From contig CBDVDH010000004.1 in assembly GCA_965372715.1 (NCBI GenBank), positions 1 through 64,000 on the forward strand: a DNA stretch of 64,000 nt, given 5' to 3'. How positions within the stretch are numbered: position 1 is the first letter of the stretch; each line of letters starts with the position of its first letter. This DNA comes from an uncultured bacterium. GTDB lineage: Bacteria; B130-G9. Of the stretch, positions 20,152 to 28,898 are shown piece by piece. The translations under genes were made by a program, and so were the position numbers. The notes below the pieces were generated by a model. That model saw nothing but the letters and a program-made list of their open reading frames with translations. It was not told where the DNA came from and did no database searches.

Positions 20152-21046
20152 CAGGTCGGCAGACGATTATCAGCCTGCACTCAGCGAAGAAGGGGAGACG
20201 CTCGCGGAGGAAGATCAACCTGTCGGCGTCGTCGTCCGAGACGATGATGTCGCAGCCGGTCGGCTTCGAGGCGGACACTGCCTCGACGGTCTTGGGATTC
20301 ACGCCGATGAGCCTGCAAGCCTTCGCGGCGTCAAGGTCCGACATATACGTGATGCCGCCATGCTGCATGAACCAGAGTCGCCTTGCGTGTTGGACGTCAA
20401 AGACGAGTCGCCCGTCCTCTGCGTATATGGCGGGGCAGAGCGCGGGGCTTAGTGCGACTTTGCGCGCATCGACGATCAGCCCCGTCGGGTGCCTGATCGA
20501 CGACAACCATTCGGCGCTCGCGTCGGGCGGTGGAGGCGTTGGCTTCGGCAGACCGACCTGGAGCTCGCCCACGCCGATACCCTCAACAAGACGCGGCAAG
20601 ACGCGGCTGCTTCTCAGGTCCAGGCCTAGCAGGACTGAGGCGCTCGGCGCCTCCCGATATCGAACGCACTGCGCTAGCACGCAGGGGTCGGATGCCAGGC
20701 GCTGGAGCTCGAGCAGTGCTGAAGCGCGACGGCTCAGCTGCGCCTCGACGGTTGCGGTTGATGTTGCATTCATCTCCTGTATAGCCGCCAGGATCGCCTG
20801 TCTGGCATTCCCGTAGGCCCTGACGGTCGCCTGCGCCTCATCCCCACCCTCGACTTCCGAGGACCCGACGGCGTAGATGACGTGGCTCGTCCAGTCGATT
20901 GAGGCGTTTTGCCGGTATTCGACGCAGTGTGATGGCGTAAGTGGCCAGAACGGAGGCGCAGGGTCCGGCTGGCCAGAGAGCGCCAAAGACGAGGGCGGCA
21001 GAACTAGCCACGCAACGGTGAGAGCTGTCCAAAGCACCGAGCGCAT
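20144..21046 (-). CDS. exported conserved hypothetical protein (LPP20-like family, tentative)
   Basis: Signal peptide, IDW...I.A.G, TGLIVDAR..LSPAL.P.I..EDG motif. Confidence 0.6.
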   Translation of the reverse strand: MRSVLWTALTVAWLVLPPSSLALSGQPDPAPPFWPLTPSHCVEYRQNASIDWTSHVIYAVGSSEVEGGDEAQATVRAYGNARQAILAAIQEMNATSTATVEAQLSRRASALLELQRLASDPCVLAQCVRYREAPSASVLLGLDLRSSRVLPRLVEGIGVGELQVGLPKPTPPPPDASAEWLSSIRHPTGLIVDARKVALSPALCPAIYAEDGRLVFDVQHARRLWFMQHGGITYMSDLDAAKACRLIGVNPKTVEAVSASKPTGCDIIVSDDDADRLIFLRERLPFFAECRLIIVCRPVN

Positions 21047-21058
21047 TCATGTTCTCCC

Positions 21059-21133
21059 GTAGGGGCGGCTCACGAGCCGCCCTAGTTTCATCGGATCGGA
21101 CGCGAGAAAGGGCGATTCGTGAATCGCCCCTAC
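21059..21133. repeat. inverted REP doublet
   Basis: gtaggggcggctcacgagccgccc (21059-21082) and gggcgattcgtgaatcgcccctac (21110-21133). Confidence 0.8.
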
Positions 21134-21174
21134 ACACACCGCACAGATTACGCAGATTGGGAAGTCCTGGGGAC

Positions 21175-23259
21175 CTACTCCCCCTCGTCCTTTTTCGACG
21201 CGGCGATGATCTTCTCGCTAATCGCAGCTGGGACTTGCTCGTAGGATGAGAATCGCATGGTGTAGCTTCCTCTTCCGCCAGTAATGGACCTCAGGTCTGG
21301 GGCGTATTTGGCGAGCTCCGCAAGCGGGGCGCTGGCCTTGATCACCTGCCGGCCAGAGATGGTTTCCGTGCCAATGACCTTGCCTCTTCTCGAACTGAGG
21401 TCTCCGATCACGTCGCCCATCGACTCCTCCGGAACGACAACTTCTAGCTCCATGATCGGCTCCAAGAGGACTATCTTTGCGTCAGCGGCAGCCTTTTTGA
21501 AGGCCATGGAGCCAGCTATCTTGAAAGCCATCTCTGATGAATCGACAGTGTGGAACGAGCCATCATAGACCGTGACGCGCACATCGACGACCTGGTAGCC
21601 CGCAAGCACGCCCTTTGCCATAGCGCCGATTACGCCCTTCTCGACTGCCGGAATGTACTGCCTCGGTATGGTCCCTCCGACGATCTTATCGACAAACTCG
21701 AAGCCCGTTCCATGAGGCAGTGGCTCGATCCTGAGCCAACAGTCACCGAATTGCCCGCGCCCGCCTGTCTGCTTCTTGTATTTGCCCTGCGCCTTGGCGC
21801 TTTTCTTGATCGTCTCTCGATACGGCACTTTGGGCGCTCTCAGGTTGACCTCGACGCCGAATTTCCGCTTCATCTTGCCGACGATGACCTCCACGTGGAG
21901 CTGACCCGAGCCCGAAATAACCAGCTCCTTCGTGTCGGGGTCTCGCTTCGACTTCATGGTTGGGTCCTCTTCCATAAGGCGAGTGACGGCGTTGGAGATC
22001 TTGTCCTCGTCGCCCTTGGACTTCGGCTCTATCGCGAAGGAGATCATCGGCTCGGGATATGCGATTGAGGAAAACCGGACCTTCTTACTCTCGCTGCACA
22101 ACGTGTCGCCGGTGGTCGTCTCCTTCAGCTTGGCCACGGCAACGATGTCGCCCGCCTTCGCAAGTGGACATATCGAGTGTGCCTTGCCCTCGAGGTATAT
22201 GAGCTGGCCGATGCGCTCCTTGCGGTCTTGTGTGGGATTATAGACCGTGGTGTCGGAAGAAAGCGCCCCGGAATACACCTTTATGACGGATAGCTTGCCC
22301 GCGTATGGGTCCGCGATCGTCTTAAAAACAAATGCAGAAAGCGGGCCCTCTGGGTCTGTCTTCACCTCGATTTCGTTTTGTCCCGAGACGTCTGTGGCCA
22401 GCACCGGCGGCGACTCCAGCGGGCAGGGCAGCAATGAAATCGCCATCCTGCTCAAGACATCTATCCCGATGTTCTGTTTCGCCGAACCACACAGCACAGG
22501 GACCAAGGCGCCTTCCTTGACCGCCCTTGCCAAGGCCTCGAGCAGCTCGTTGTCGGAGATGCTCTCGTCCTCGAAATAGCGCTCCAATAGCGCGTCATCG
22601 GTCGAGACGATCGCCTCAACCATCTTCCCACGGTATTCGGCCGCGCGGTCAGCGTCGCTCTCGGGGATGTCAACCTTCTTACTCTTGCCGGAGCCATCGC
22701 TCTCATAGACGAACGCCTTCATCGCCAAAAGGTCTATCACGCCCTTGAAATCGGTCTCCTCGCCGAGCGGAAGATTGAGCACGACGGCCTTTTCGGTGAG
22801 GAACTTCTTTATCGACTCGACCGCGCGGTCCAGATTTGCTCTCTCACGGCCCATCTTGTTGAAAAAGATCATTCTGCGGGTATCGAACTCCTCGCAGAAA
22901 TCCCAGACCTGCTGCGTCTGGACCTCGACGCCAGCCACGCCGCACAAAACGAGTATCGCGCCCTCACACACCTTGATCGGGCTCTTGGCGTCCATGATGA
23001 AATCAGCATACCCGGGCGTGTCTATGAGGTTAATGCGCACACCCTTCGTCTCGAAGAACGAGAACGAGCTCGAAATCGATATGCCCCGCTCCACCTCGTC
23101 AGGGTCGTAATCCATCACTGTGGCGCCGTCCTCAACCTTGCCCAGCCGCGTCGTCTTCTTGTTGTTGAAGAGCAGCGCCTCAGCCACGGAGGTTTTGCCG
23201 CTGTCACCATGTCCACAAAGGACGATATTACGAATGTTTCCTACGTCATAATCCTTCAT
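21175..23259 (-). CDS. fusA: elongation factor G paralog (EF-G2 type)
   Basis: GHGDSGKT, ERGISI, DTPG, NKMG, KKQTGGRGQF, DSSEMAF; start reassigned to MKDYD at 23259. Confidence 0.92.
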   Translation of the reverse strand: MKDYDVGNIRNIVLCGHGDSGKTSVAEALLFNNKKTTRLGKVEDGATVMDYDPDEVERGISISSSFSFFETKGVRINLIDTPGYADFIMDAKSPIKVCEGAILVLCGVAGVEVQTQQVWDFCEEFDTRRMIFFNKMGRERANLDRAVESIKKFLTEKAVVLNLPLGEETDFKGVIDLLAMKAFVYESDGSGKSKKVDIPESDADRAAEYRGKMVEAIVSTDDALLERYFEDESISDNELLEALARAVKEGALVPVLCGSAKQNIGIDVLSRMAISLLPCPLESPPVLATDVSGQNEIEVKTDPEGPLSAFVFKTIADPYAGKLSVIKVYSGALSSDTTVYNPTQDRKERIGQLIYLEGKAHSICPLAKAGDIVAVAKLKETTTGDTLCSESKKVRFSSIAYPEPMISFAIEPKSKGDEDKISNAVTRLMEEDPTMKSKRDPDTKELVISGSGQLHVEVIVGKMKRKFGVEVNLRAPKVPYRETIKKSAKAQGKYKKQTGGRGQFGDCWLRIEPLPHGTGFEFVDKIVGGTIPRQYIPAVEKGVIGAMAKGVLAGYQVVDVRVTVYDGSFHTVDSSEMAFKIAGSMAFKKAAADAKIVLLEPIMELEVVVPEESMGDVIGDLSSRRGKVIGTETISGRQVIKASAPLAELAKYAPDLRSITGGRGSYTMRFSSYEQVPAAISEKIIAASKKDEGE

Positions 23260-23575
23260 TCGATCTTCCTCAAAATGGATGTCCGCATTGCCGATCTCGC
23301 CCAAATATAGGGCGTACGCAACGCCTCTGTCAAGCAACGCCGACGGCACGTTCGCGTCCGACCTCGCACTCTGGCCGCTCACTATCACCGGCGATTGATT
23401 GTAGTAATACACCACAGAGACACAGAGACACAGAGAGGAAAGAGAGAAGAGGGCAGGCGTCGGAGGCGAGCTCCCTTTGGGTGCGAGCCGACCAGTCACA
23501 TTCACGGGTAAAAGGAGATATGGGAGTGCGGCACGCACCTTGACGGGAGGGGGGAGGATGGGGTAAGAAGTAGGC

Positions 23576-23857
23576 GTGGAAGTGAGCGAAGTTCGGATTT
23601 ATCCGTTCGAGTCCCAAGAGGGAACGAGCCAGGTTCTGGCGTATGCCGACGTTACATTCGACGGCGAGCTCGTGATCAAGGGCTTTAAGGTAGTCATCAA
23701 GCCCAACGGCGCCGTTTTCGTCGGTTATCCTTCGGCCCGGCAGTCGGGCGGCGAGTTTGTGCAGACGGTCGTCGCGCAGAACACCGAGCTCAGGAGCAAG
23801 ATACGCGAGGCGGTAGTGGCCAAATACAGGGAGTATTTTCCAAAGTCCAAAGTCTAA
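23576..23857 (+). CDS. spoVG: SpoVG family nucleic-acid-binding protein
   Basis: EVSEVRI, LAYADVTFD, VIKGFKV, FVGYPS, LRSKIREAV. Confidence 0.85.
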   Translation: MEVSEVRIYPFESQEGTSQVLAYADVTFDGELVIKGFKVVIKPNGAVFVGYPSARQSGGEFVQTVVAQNTELRSKIREAVVAKYREYFPKSKV

Positions 23858-23871
23858 AGTCGAGGGCTGGG

Positions 23872-23915
23872 AGTTTCAAGTTTCAAGTTCCAAGTTTCAA
23901 GTTTCAAGTTTTAGG
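23872..23915. repeat. heptamer tandem repeat (AGTTTCA)n
   Basis: agtttca agtttca agttcca agtttca agtttca agtttta; related tccaaag repeats at 23839-23861. Confidence 0.85.
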
Positions 23916-23977
23916 TTACTTGAGCCCTTTATGTCATTGTGGTTGAGCGAATCCAAAGTTGGATGGTTTGAGGTTCG

Positions 23978-24346
23978 ATGTTTGAGCTGACGGTCAAGAG
24001 CTCGTTTGCAGCGGCTCATCGGTTGCGGGAATACGACGGCAAGTGCGAGAACCTGCACGGGCACAACTGGCTGGTTGAGGTGACGGTCGCAGCCGAGTCG
24101 CTCAATCACGTGGGCCTCGCGGTCGATTTCAAGGACCTCAAGGCTGCTACGGAGAGTGTTCTACAGCGCCTCGATCACAAATGCCTCAACGATGTCGAGC
24201 CATTTGACGAATTGAATCCCTCGAGTGAGAACATCGCGCGCTGGATATTCAAGGCCCTCAAGGAGCACCTTCGGGACTTTCCAGTATCCCTGAGGCGGGT
24301 CTCGGTGTGGGAGAATCGCGACTGCTGCGCAGCGTTCTGGGAATGA
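23978..24346 (+). CDS. queD: 6-carboxytetrahydropterin synthase
   Basis: FAAAHRL, CENLHGHNW, VDF, LDH..LND, NPSSENIA, VWE. Confidence 0.95.
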   Translation: MFELTVKSSFAAAHRLREYDGKCENLHGHNWLVEVTVAAESLNHVGLAVDFKDLKAATESVLQRLDHKCLNDVEPFDELNPSSENIARWIFKALKEHLRDFPVSLRRVSVWENRDCCAAFWE

Positions 24347-24347
24347 G

Positions 24348-25457
24348 ATGGCGAGGCAAGGCGTTCCGGCTGTGGATGAGAGGGCGGTCCAGAGCCTGTT
24401 GTTTCGGTATCCTCAGATAGTCGAGTCGCATCTAGCGAGAAAGCGGCTCTCGTTATCCGGGCTCGAGGCTGAGACGTGCGAGGACGTTTGCGCGGCTGGC
24501 AGAATAGACCTCGCGTTCAGGGACAGAGCGAGCAACTCGCTGGTTCTTTTGGAGATACAGCTGGGCCGTGCCGATAGGGACCATTACGACCGGCTCGTCT
24601 CGTATGTCGATGAGTATTCGGAGCGTTTCTCTTTCTCATGGGTGATTGGCGTCCATTTCGCGGAGGCTTTCCCCAAGACGCTGCCGCGATACAGGCCTCC
24701 GCTCTATAGGGTGCGTTTTACGGCTAGCAAGGTCGTCCGGCTTGCCGAGGCGCTTGAGGAAAAGGAGGCGAAGCTCCTGGGTCTTGATTGCCCGAAGCCG
24801 CCTGTCTGCGCGTTCGCCAAGCTTTCCTATCTCAACGGCTTCTTCGCCTTTATGAGGAAGCGGTCGTTTGTCACGTTCCGCGAGGTGGTTGAGAACGTCC
24901 CGAATGTGGCCAAGAACCCGCGTCAGATACGGAATCCTGAGTATCGGGCGCGGCTTTGGATACGCTTTGGGGAGAGTTTTGGGCTTTTGGCTTCTGGTGA
25001 CGGCAGGATAGTTCTCACCGATTTGGGGACGGCATACGCCGCCTCATTGGATAGGTCCTTTGTATGGGCCGTTTCCCCTCGCCAGAGGCGGATTCTGATT
25101 ACAGGGATTTCTGCCGCTCGCTGCACGAATGGGCACAAGTTCGGCATTTTCTGCATCTTGAAGGCAGCGGAGCAATCGGAGGAAACGGCGCTCGCGTCGG
25201 CGGATGCTCAGATGCAGAGCTTTGTGTCATTCTGCCGCTCCAGTGGCCGGTGGGCGAGAGTCTCGCAGAAGGCATCTTTCGTCTGGTATGGCAATTACGC
25301 CCGCGAATTGGGCCTCTGCGAAGATACCGGCGCCTCTTCTGGCCCGCTCTTGCTCACCGCGCGCGGCCGGGATGTCCTTGCTCTGTTTTCGAGGCAATTT
25401 GCAGCATTTGAGATGGAGCGCCGGCTGCTTTTGAGAGGCTTGGGCGGCGCGTTTTGA
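24348..25457 (+). CDS. putative nuclease: N-terminal PD-(D/E)xK-like domain plus two winged-helix-like segments
   Basis: GRIDLAFRD...LLEIQLG..D..H...Y; two helix-GL..(x)n-LT..G segments in the C-terminal half. Confidence 0.55.
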   Translation: MARQGVPAVDERAVQSLLFRYPQIVESHLARKRLSLSGLEAETCEDVCAAGRIDLAFRDRASNSLVLLEIQLGRADRDHYDRLVSYVDEYSERFSFSWVIGVHFAEAFPKTLPRYRPPLYRVRFTASKVVRLAEALEEKEAKLLGLDCPKPPVCAFAKLSYLNGFFAFMRKRSFVTFREVVENVPNVAKNPRQIRNPEYRARLWIRFGESFGLLASGDGRIVLTDLGTAYAASLDRSFVWAVSPRQRRILITGISAARCTNGHKFGIFCILKAAEQSEETALASADAQMQSFVSFCRSSGRWARVSQKASFVWYGNYARELGLCEDTGASSGPLLLTARGRDVLALFSRQFAAFEMERRLLLRGLGGAF

Positions 25458-25661
25458 CGCAGTAGCGAATCTCAGTTCAGAAACCGCCCAAGACGCGTGT
25501 CTTCGTGGGATTGAGGCGCGGATCGTCCAATGATTCGGCTTGCAGAGGCGTTCATTATGGCTGCGGAGTGGCTGTCTGTTTTGCAGGGGACGTCTTGAGT
25601 TCGGCCTTTACATCTGCGAGCCCTAGCGTAAGATGAATGATATGGACAGAGACAGGCCAAG

Positions 25662-25800
25662 ATGAACGATGTCCTCATTGGGTTTGGCGTGCTTCAAGTC
25701 TGGGCGGAAGATGAGGATGGGCATTTCGTGACCGACAAGAAGACAATGAACGTGTTGGTGTATCCAGAGATCAACTGCAAGTATGAGGACGGAAGATGGT
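25662..25800 (+). pseudogene. diverged remnant of cassette gene A (A0)
   Basis: NDVLIGFGVLQVWAE...KKTMNVLVYPEINCKYEDGRW aligns with NNVPIGWAELMIEAE..RKMTMKVFVTPDIWCKYENGRW. Confidence 0.7.
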
Positions 25801-26635
25801 GGCGTCGCGCCTGTCGGCTGAGAAGATCGACCCGAGGCGCGTGGTGACCGCGATCGTGTCGCGGATACCTGAGCATCTTAGGACGTGCGAGGTTTGCCTT
25901 CGCTCGCAGGGCGAGAATAGGGCTAACGAGCCATTGTGGGAGCGCCGCGATAAGTTTCTATTTGAACCGTTCACAGATGGGAATGGCGTGCCCTACATCG
26001 CGGCCAGGGTAACATTCAACAACGTCCCTATCGGCTGGGCGGAGTTGATGATCGAGGCGGAGGGCTACAGGAAGATGACGATGAAGGTCTTCGTGACGCC
26101 TGAGTTGAGGTGCAGGTTCGACGAAGAGAACAATAGATGGCAGCTTCTGCCGGTCAGGATCCCTTGGGTGATCGACCCGGAGCGTAGCCCCTACGCTGTT
26201 GACCAGGGCCAGGTCGGTATCGTTCCACCACCCCAACCGTCCGCTATTCACGTCCCCGGCTTCCTCTGGAAGCGAGTCAATGGCTACTTCATCATCGATG
26301 ACCCGCTGAACAAGCCGTGGGACCGATATGTGCCCTCAAAGATCAGAGGGTACAACTACGGAGCCAACGACCCATGGTTCAGCGTCGATGCGCAGGAAGT
26401 CAAGAACGATCAAGACGTTTTCTTGTACTTCTGTGGCCCCAACAATGAGGATCCGAGGCAGGAGCCACCTAGCCCTACTAATGAATGCCAGAACACCCTC
26501 CCACAACACGCATCCGAGCCTATAGGAGAGATTGAGTTAGCGCCTCTCAGTCCGGCGGAGGCATTTATCGATATTGAGGAGACGGATGAAGCGCTTCAGT
26601 TTGAGGAGGGTGATGATGGTTTGTGCAAGGACTGA
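25796..26635 (+). CDS. cassette gene A1 (constant block plus variable C-terminal module); possibly 5'-truncated
   Basis: Paralog of 28116..28898 and 30234..30791; no convincing RBS or signal peptide. Confidence 0.7.
   Translation: MVASRLSAEKIDPRRVVTAIVSRIPEHLRTCEVCLRSQGENRANEPLWERRDKFLFEPFTDGNGVPYIAARVTFNNVPIGWAELMIEAEGYRKMTMKVFVTPELRCRFDEENNRWQLLPVRIPWVIDPERSPYAVDQGQVGIVPPPQPSAIHVPGFLWKRVNGYFIIDDPLNKPWDRYVPSKIRGYNYGANDPWFSVDAQEVKNDQDVFLYFCGPNNEDPRQEPPSPTNECQNTLPQHASEPIGEIELAPLSPAEAFIDIEETDEALQFEEGDDGLCKD
25834..26103 (+). repeat. 270-bp constant block, copy 1
   Basis: About 3 mismatches to 28148..28417 by eye. Confidence 0.95.
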
Positions 26636-27989
26636 GCACCGCATAACACTGATTGTTCTTATCGTGGCGGCGTCGATCCTGAATGCTTGGCCTGGGGACG
26701 CCTACCCTTGGGTCCACTATTTCAAAAGACCGGAGATGCCGAGGATTCGTTGCGCGTTCGCGGATCCGGAAGGCAATGTACTTGTTGGGACCGGGGACTG
26801 GGACAACACACGTGCGGGCCCGTCTGGATACTACTGGCGAGAGTTTTGGTCCGAAGGCATCTTTCTCATCAATGAGGATCGGATCCAAGCGATATCGTGT
26901 CCTGAAGACATGATTACCGTCGACCTCGCGGCTGACCGAAGGGGTAAAACGTGGGCGCTGATTGCCACGGGCCAGGACTACCTAGTGGAGAAGAGCCTGC
27001 TTGATTTAGGATCTAACGCGCGATGTACTTCCCTACAATCGCGACGCATTGCGCGCTCGCGATCGAGCGGGGCAGTTGATTCTAGATTGGCCTATTTGGT
27101 GGGAACTACACTCGTTGAGTATACAGGATTGATTGATGCGATCCCATATCACTCCAGGTCCATGACATCAGATGCTCAAGGTCGCTTATTTGTGCTCAGC
27201 GGCGAGCAAGTTGGATGGTATTTCTATCAATACGCGATATCCTGGTGGGATGCCGAGGAACCGATAGAGATTCACACTTTAGACTTCAGCAACATTCTCC
27301 CGGATGCGGAGATGGTGGGGGTGTGTACAGACCTGATGGGGGAATACCCCGTGTTCGGGCCGGATGGGTTGGTATATATCGCAGCGGAGTATTCGTTGGA
27401 TGAGGAGTCCAGAACGTGCGGCGTCCTTTGCCTGAATCTGGACACTGAAGAATGGCTGCTGTTCAGCGGTGGGGAGAATCCGCTCCTCGACTCGAAGTTA
27501 GAGTATTTCTACGTGGACCAGATGAATAGAAGATGGTTCTGCACAGAGGACGGCCTGGTCTTGTTTGACGGCGAGAACTGGGTGCGCTTCACGACAGACA
27601 ACAGCGATCTGTCCTACGATCGCATCAAGCTGGTCGTTTATGACGAGATCGATGAGGTCTATTACGTCGGTTCAGCAGCGGAAGACTGGCAGCAAGATCC
27701 AGACCATTACGTCGCGTTGAGTGTCTTCGCGCCTAATGGACGGCAAATTGGGGAGCCCTTTTATTTGCCGAGGGGGCCTATCCTGCGCCGGGGAGCCAAC
27801 GGGATTCACTATCTCCTCCCAGGCTGGGATGATGATCTAGTTTACGCCTATGATCACGACAGAATCAGCGAATTCAGCCTGCGAGATTGGATGGACATCC
27901 CTGAGTATTCGGCTTGGGATCTTTATATCTTCCCTACGTCAGTCGGGGACACGTTCTTCGTTACTAATTACAGTGTTATGATCTGGTAA
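26616..27989 (+). CDS. cassette gene B1, secreted Trp/Tyr-rich probable beta-propeller
   Basis: Signal peptide ending GDA; WFCTEDGLVLFDGENW..FTT.NS propeller-like motif; ends MIW; overlaps A1 by 20 nt with RBS gaggagg. Confidence 0.85.
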   Translation: MVCARTEHRITLIVLIVAASILNAWPGDAYPWVHYFKRPEMPRIRCAFADPEGNVLVGTGDWDNTRAGPSGYYWREFWSEGIFLINEDRIQAISCPEDMITVDLAADRRGKTWALIATGQDYLVEKSLLDLGSNARCTSLQSRRIARSRSSGAVDSRLAYLVGTTLVEYTGLIDAIPYHSRSMTSDAQGRLFVLSGEQVGWYFYQYAISWWDAEEPIEIHTLDFSNILPDAEMVGVCTDLMGEYPVFGPDGLVYIAAEYSLDEESRTCGVLCLNLDTEEWLLFSGGENPLLDSKLEYFYVDQMNRRWFCTEDGLVLFDGENWVRFTTDNSDLSYDRIKLVVYDEIDEVYYVGSAAEDWQQDPDHYVALSVFAPNGRQIGEPFYLPRGPILRRGANGIHYLLPGWDDDLVYAYDHDRISEFSLRDWMDIPEYSAWDLYIFPTSVGDTFFVTNYSVMIW

Positions 27990-28004
27990 CGGACCGTTCC
28001 ATGG

Positions 28005-28110
28005 GAACCAAATAGGGGAGATTGACTTAGAGGGTGAGAGGGCTCGTATCGTCCCAACGGCAGAGGGGCGCAACTTCTGCCTTGAGGCCGATTCGCTGAT
28101 GATCTGGTAG
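28005..28110 (+). pseudogene. C-terminal remnant of another B gene
   Basis: Reads IGEIDLEGERARIVPTAEGRNFCLEADSLMIW-stop; compare B2 IGSTANGRNFSVESKWIMIW-stop. Confidence 0.75.
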
Positions 28111-28115
28111 GAGAC

Positions 28116-28898
28116 ATGCTGGGCTTGTGGTCTAACAGGATCGACGTGAGGCGCGTGGTGACCGCGATCGTGTCGCGGATTCCGGAGCATCTTAGGACGT
28201 GCGAGGTTTGCCTTCGCTCGCAGGGCGAGAACAGGGCTAACGAGCCATTGTGGGAGCGCCGCGATAAGTTTCTATTTGAACCGTTCACAGATGGGAATGG
28301 CGTGCCCTACATCGCGGCCAGGGTAACATTCAACAACGTCCCTATCGGCTGGGCGGAGTTGATGATCGAGGCGGAGGGCTACAGGAAGATGACGATGAAG
28401 GTCTTCGTGACGCCTGACATCTGGTGCAAGCACGACGATGAGAAGAAACGGTGGTATCTGCTCCCGCCCAGAGAGGAGCTGATCCGGGTCACAGAGCTCA
28501 CGGGTGAGCTGCGACGGGCGGTCGAACAGATCACGCGGCAGATACCCCAGCAGGATGGCGAATTTCACATCCCGGGCTTCCTCTGGAAGCGAGTTGATGG
28601 CTACTTCAAACTTGATCCGGATGGCTCCCGCTACGACCCCAAAACAATCGCGGGCTATAACTACGGAGCGAACGACCCCTGGTTCGACGTCGATGAGCAG
28701 AAGGTCGAAGATCCCGAAACGGGGATATTTCTGGGCTTTTGCGGTCCCAATAATGAAGACCCAGTAACGCTGGGTTACTCGGAGGGGTGTCACGGCGCTT
28801 TGCCGTCACATGAGTCCGAGCCAATAGGCGAGATTCAACTCGTCCCCATCATAGTCGCAGAGGTAAAGGAGGGAGATCATGACCTTTGTGAGGATTAA
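28116..28898 (+). CDS. cassette gene A2
   Basis: aggag before the ATG; constant block followed by a variant C-terminal module ending EGDHDLCED. Confidence 0.75.
   Translation: MLGLWSNRIDVRRVVTAIVSRIPEHLRTCEVCLRSQGENRANEPLWERRDKFLFEPFTDGNGVPYIAARVTFNNVPIGWAELMIEAEGYRKMTMKVFVTPDIWCKHDDEKKRWYLLPPREELIRVTELTGELRRAVEQITRQIPQQDGEFHIPGFLWKRVDGYFKLDPDGSRYDPKTIAGYNYGANDPWFDVDEQKVEDPETGIFLGFCGPNNEDPVTLGYSEGCHGALPSHESEPIGEIQLVPIIVAEVKEGDHDLCED
28148..28417 (+). repeat. 270-bp constant block, copy 2
   Basis: Near-identical to copies 1 and 3. Confidence 0.95.

Noticed and set aside
23260-23538. 93-aa N-terminal extension of EF-G in the ORF track
   Set aside because: It runs through a cacagaga tandem repeat and the divergent intergenic region; homology starts at MKDYD, which has an RBS-like gaggaag
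23978-24346. dpd 7-deazaguanine DNA modification island
   Set aside because: No dpdA/tgt-like, queC, queE or folE genes nearby; queD looks ordinary
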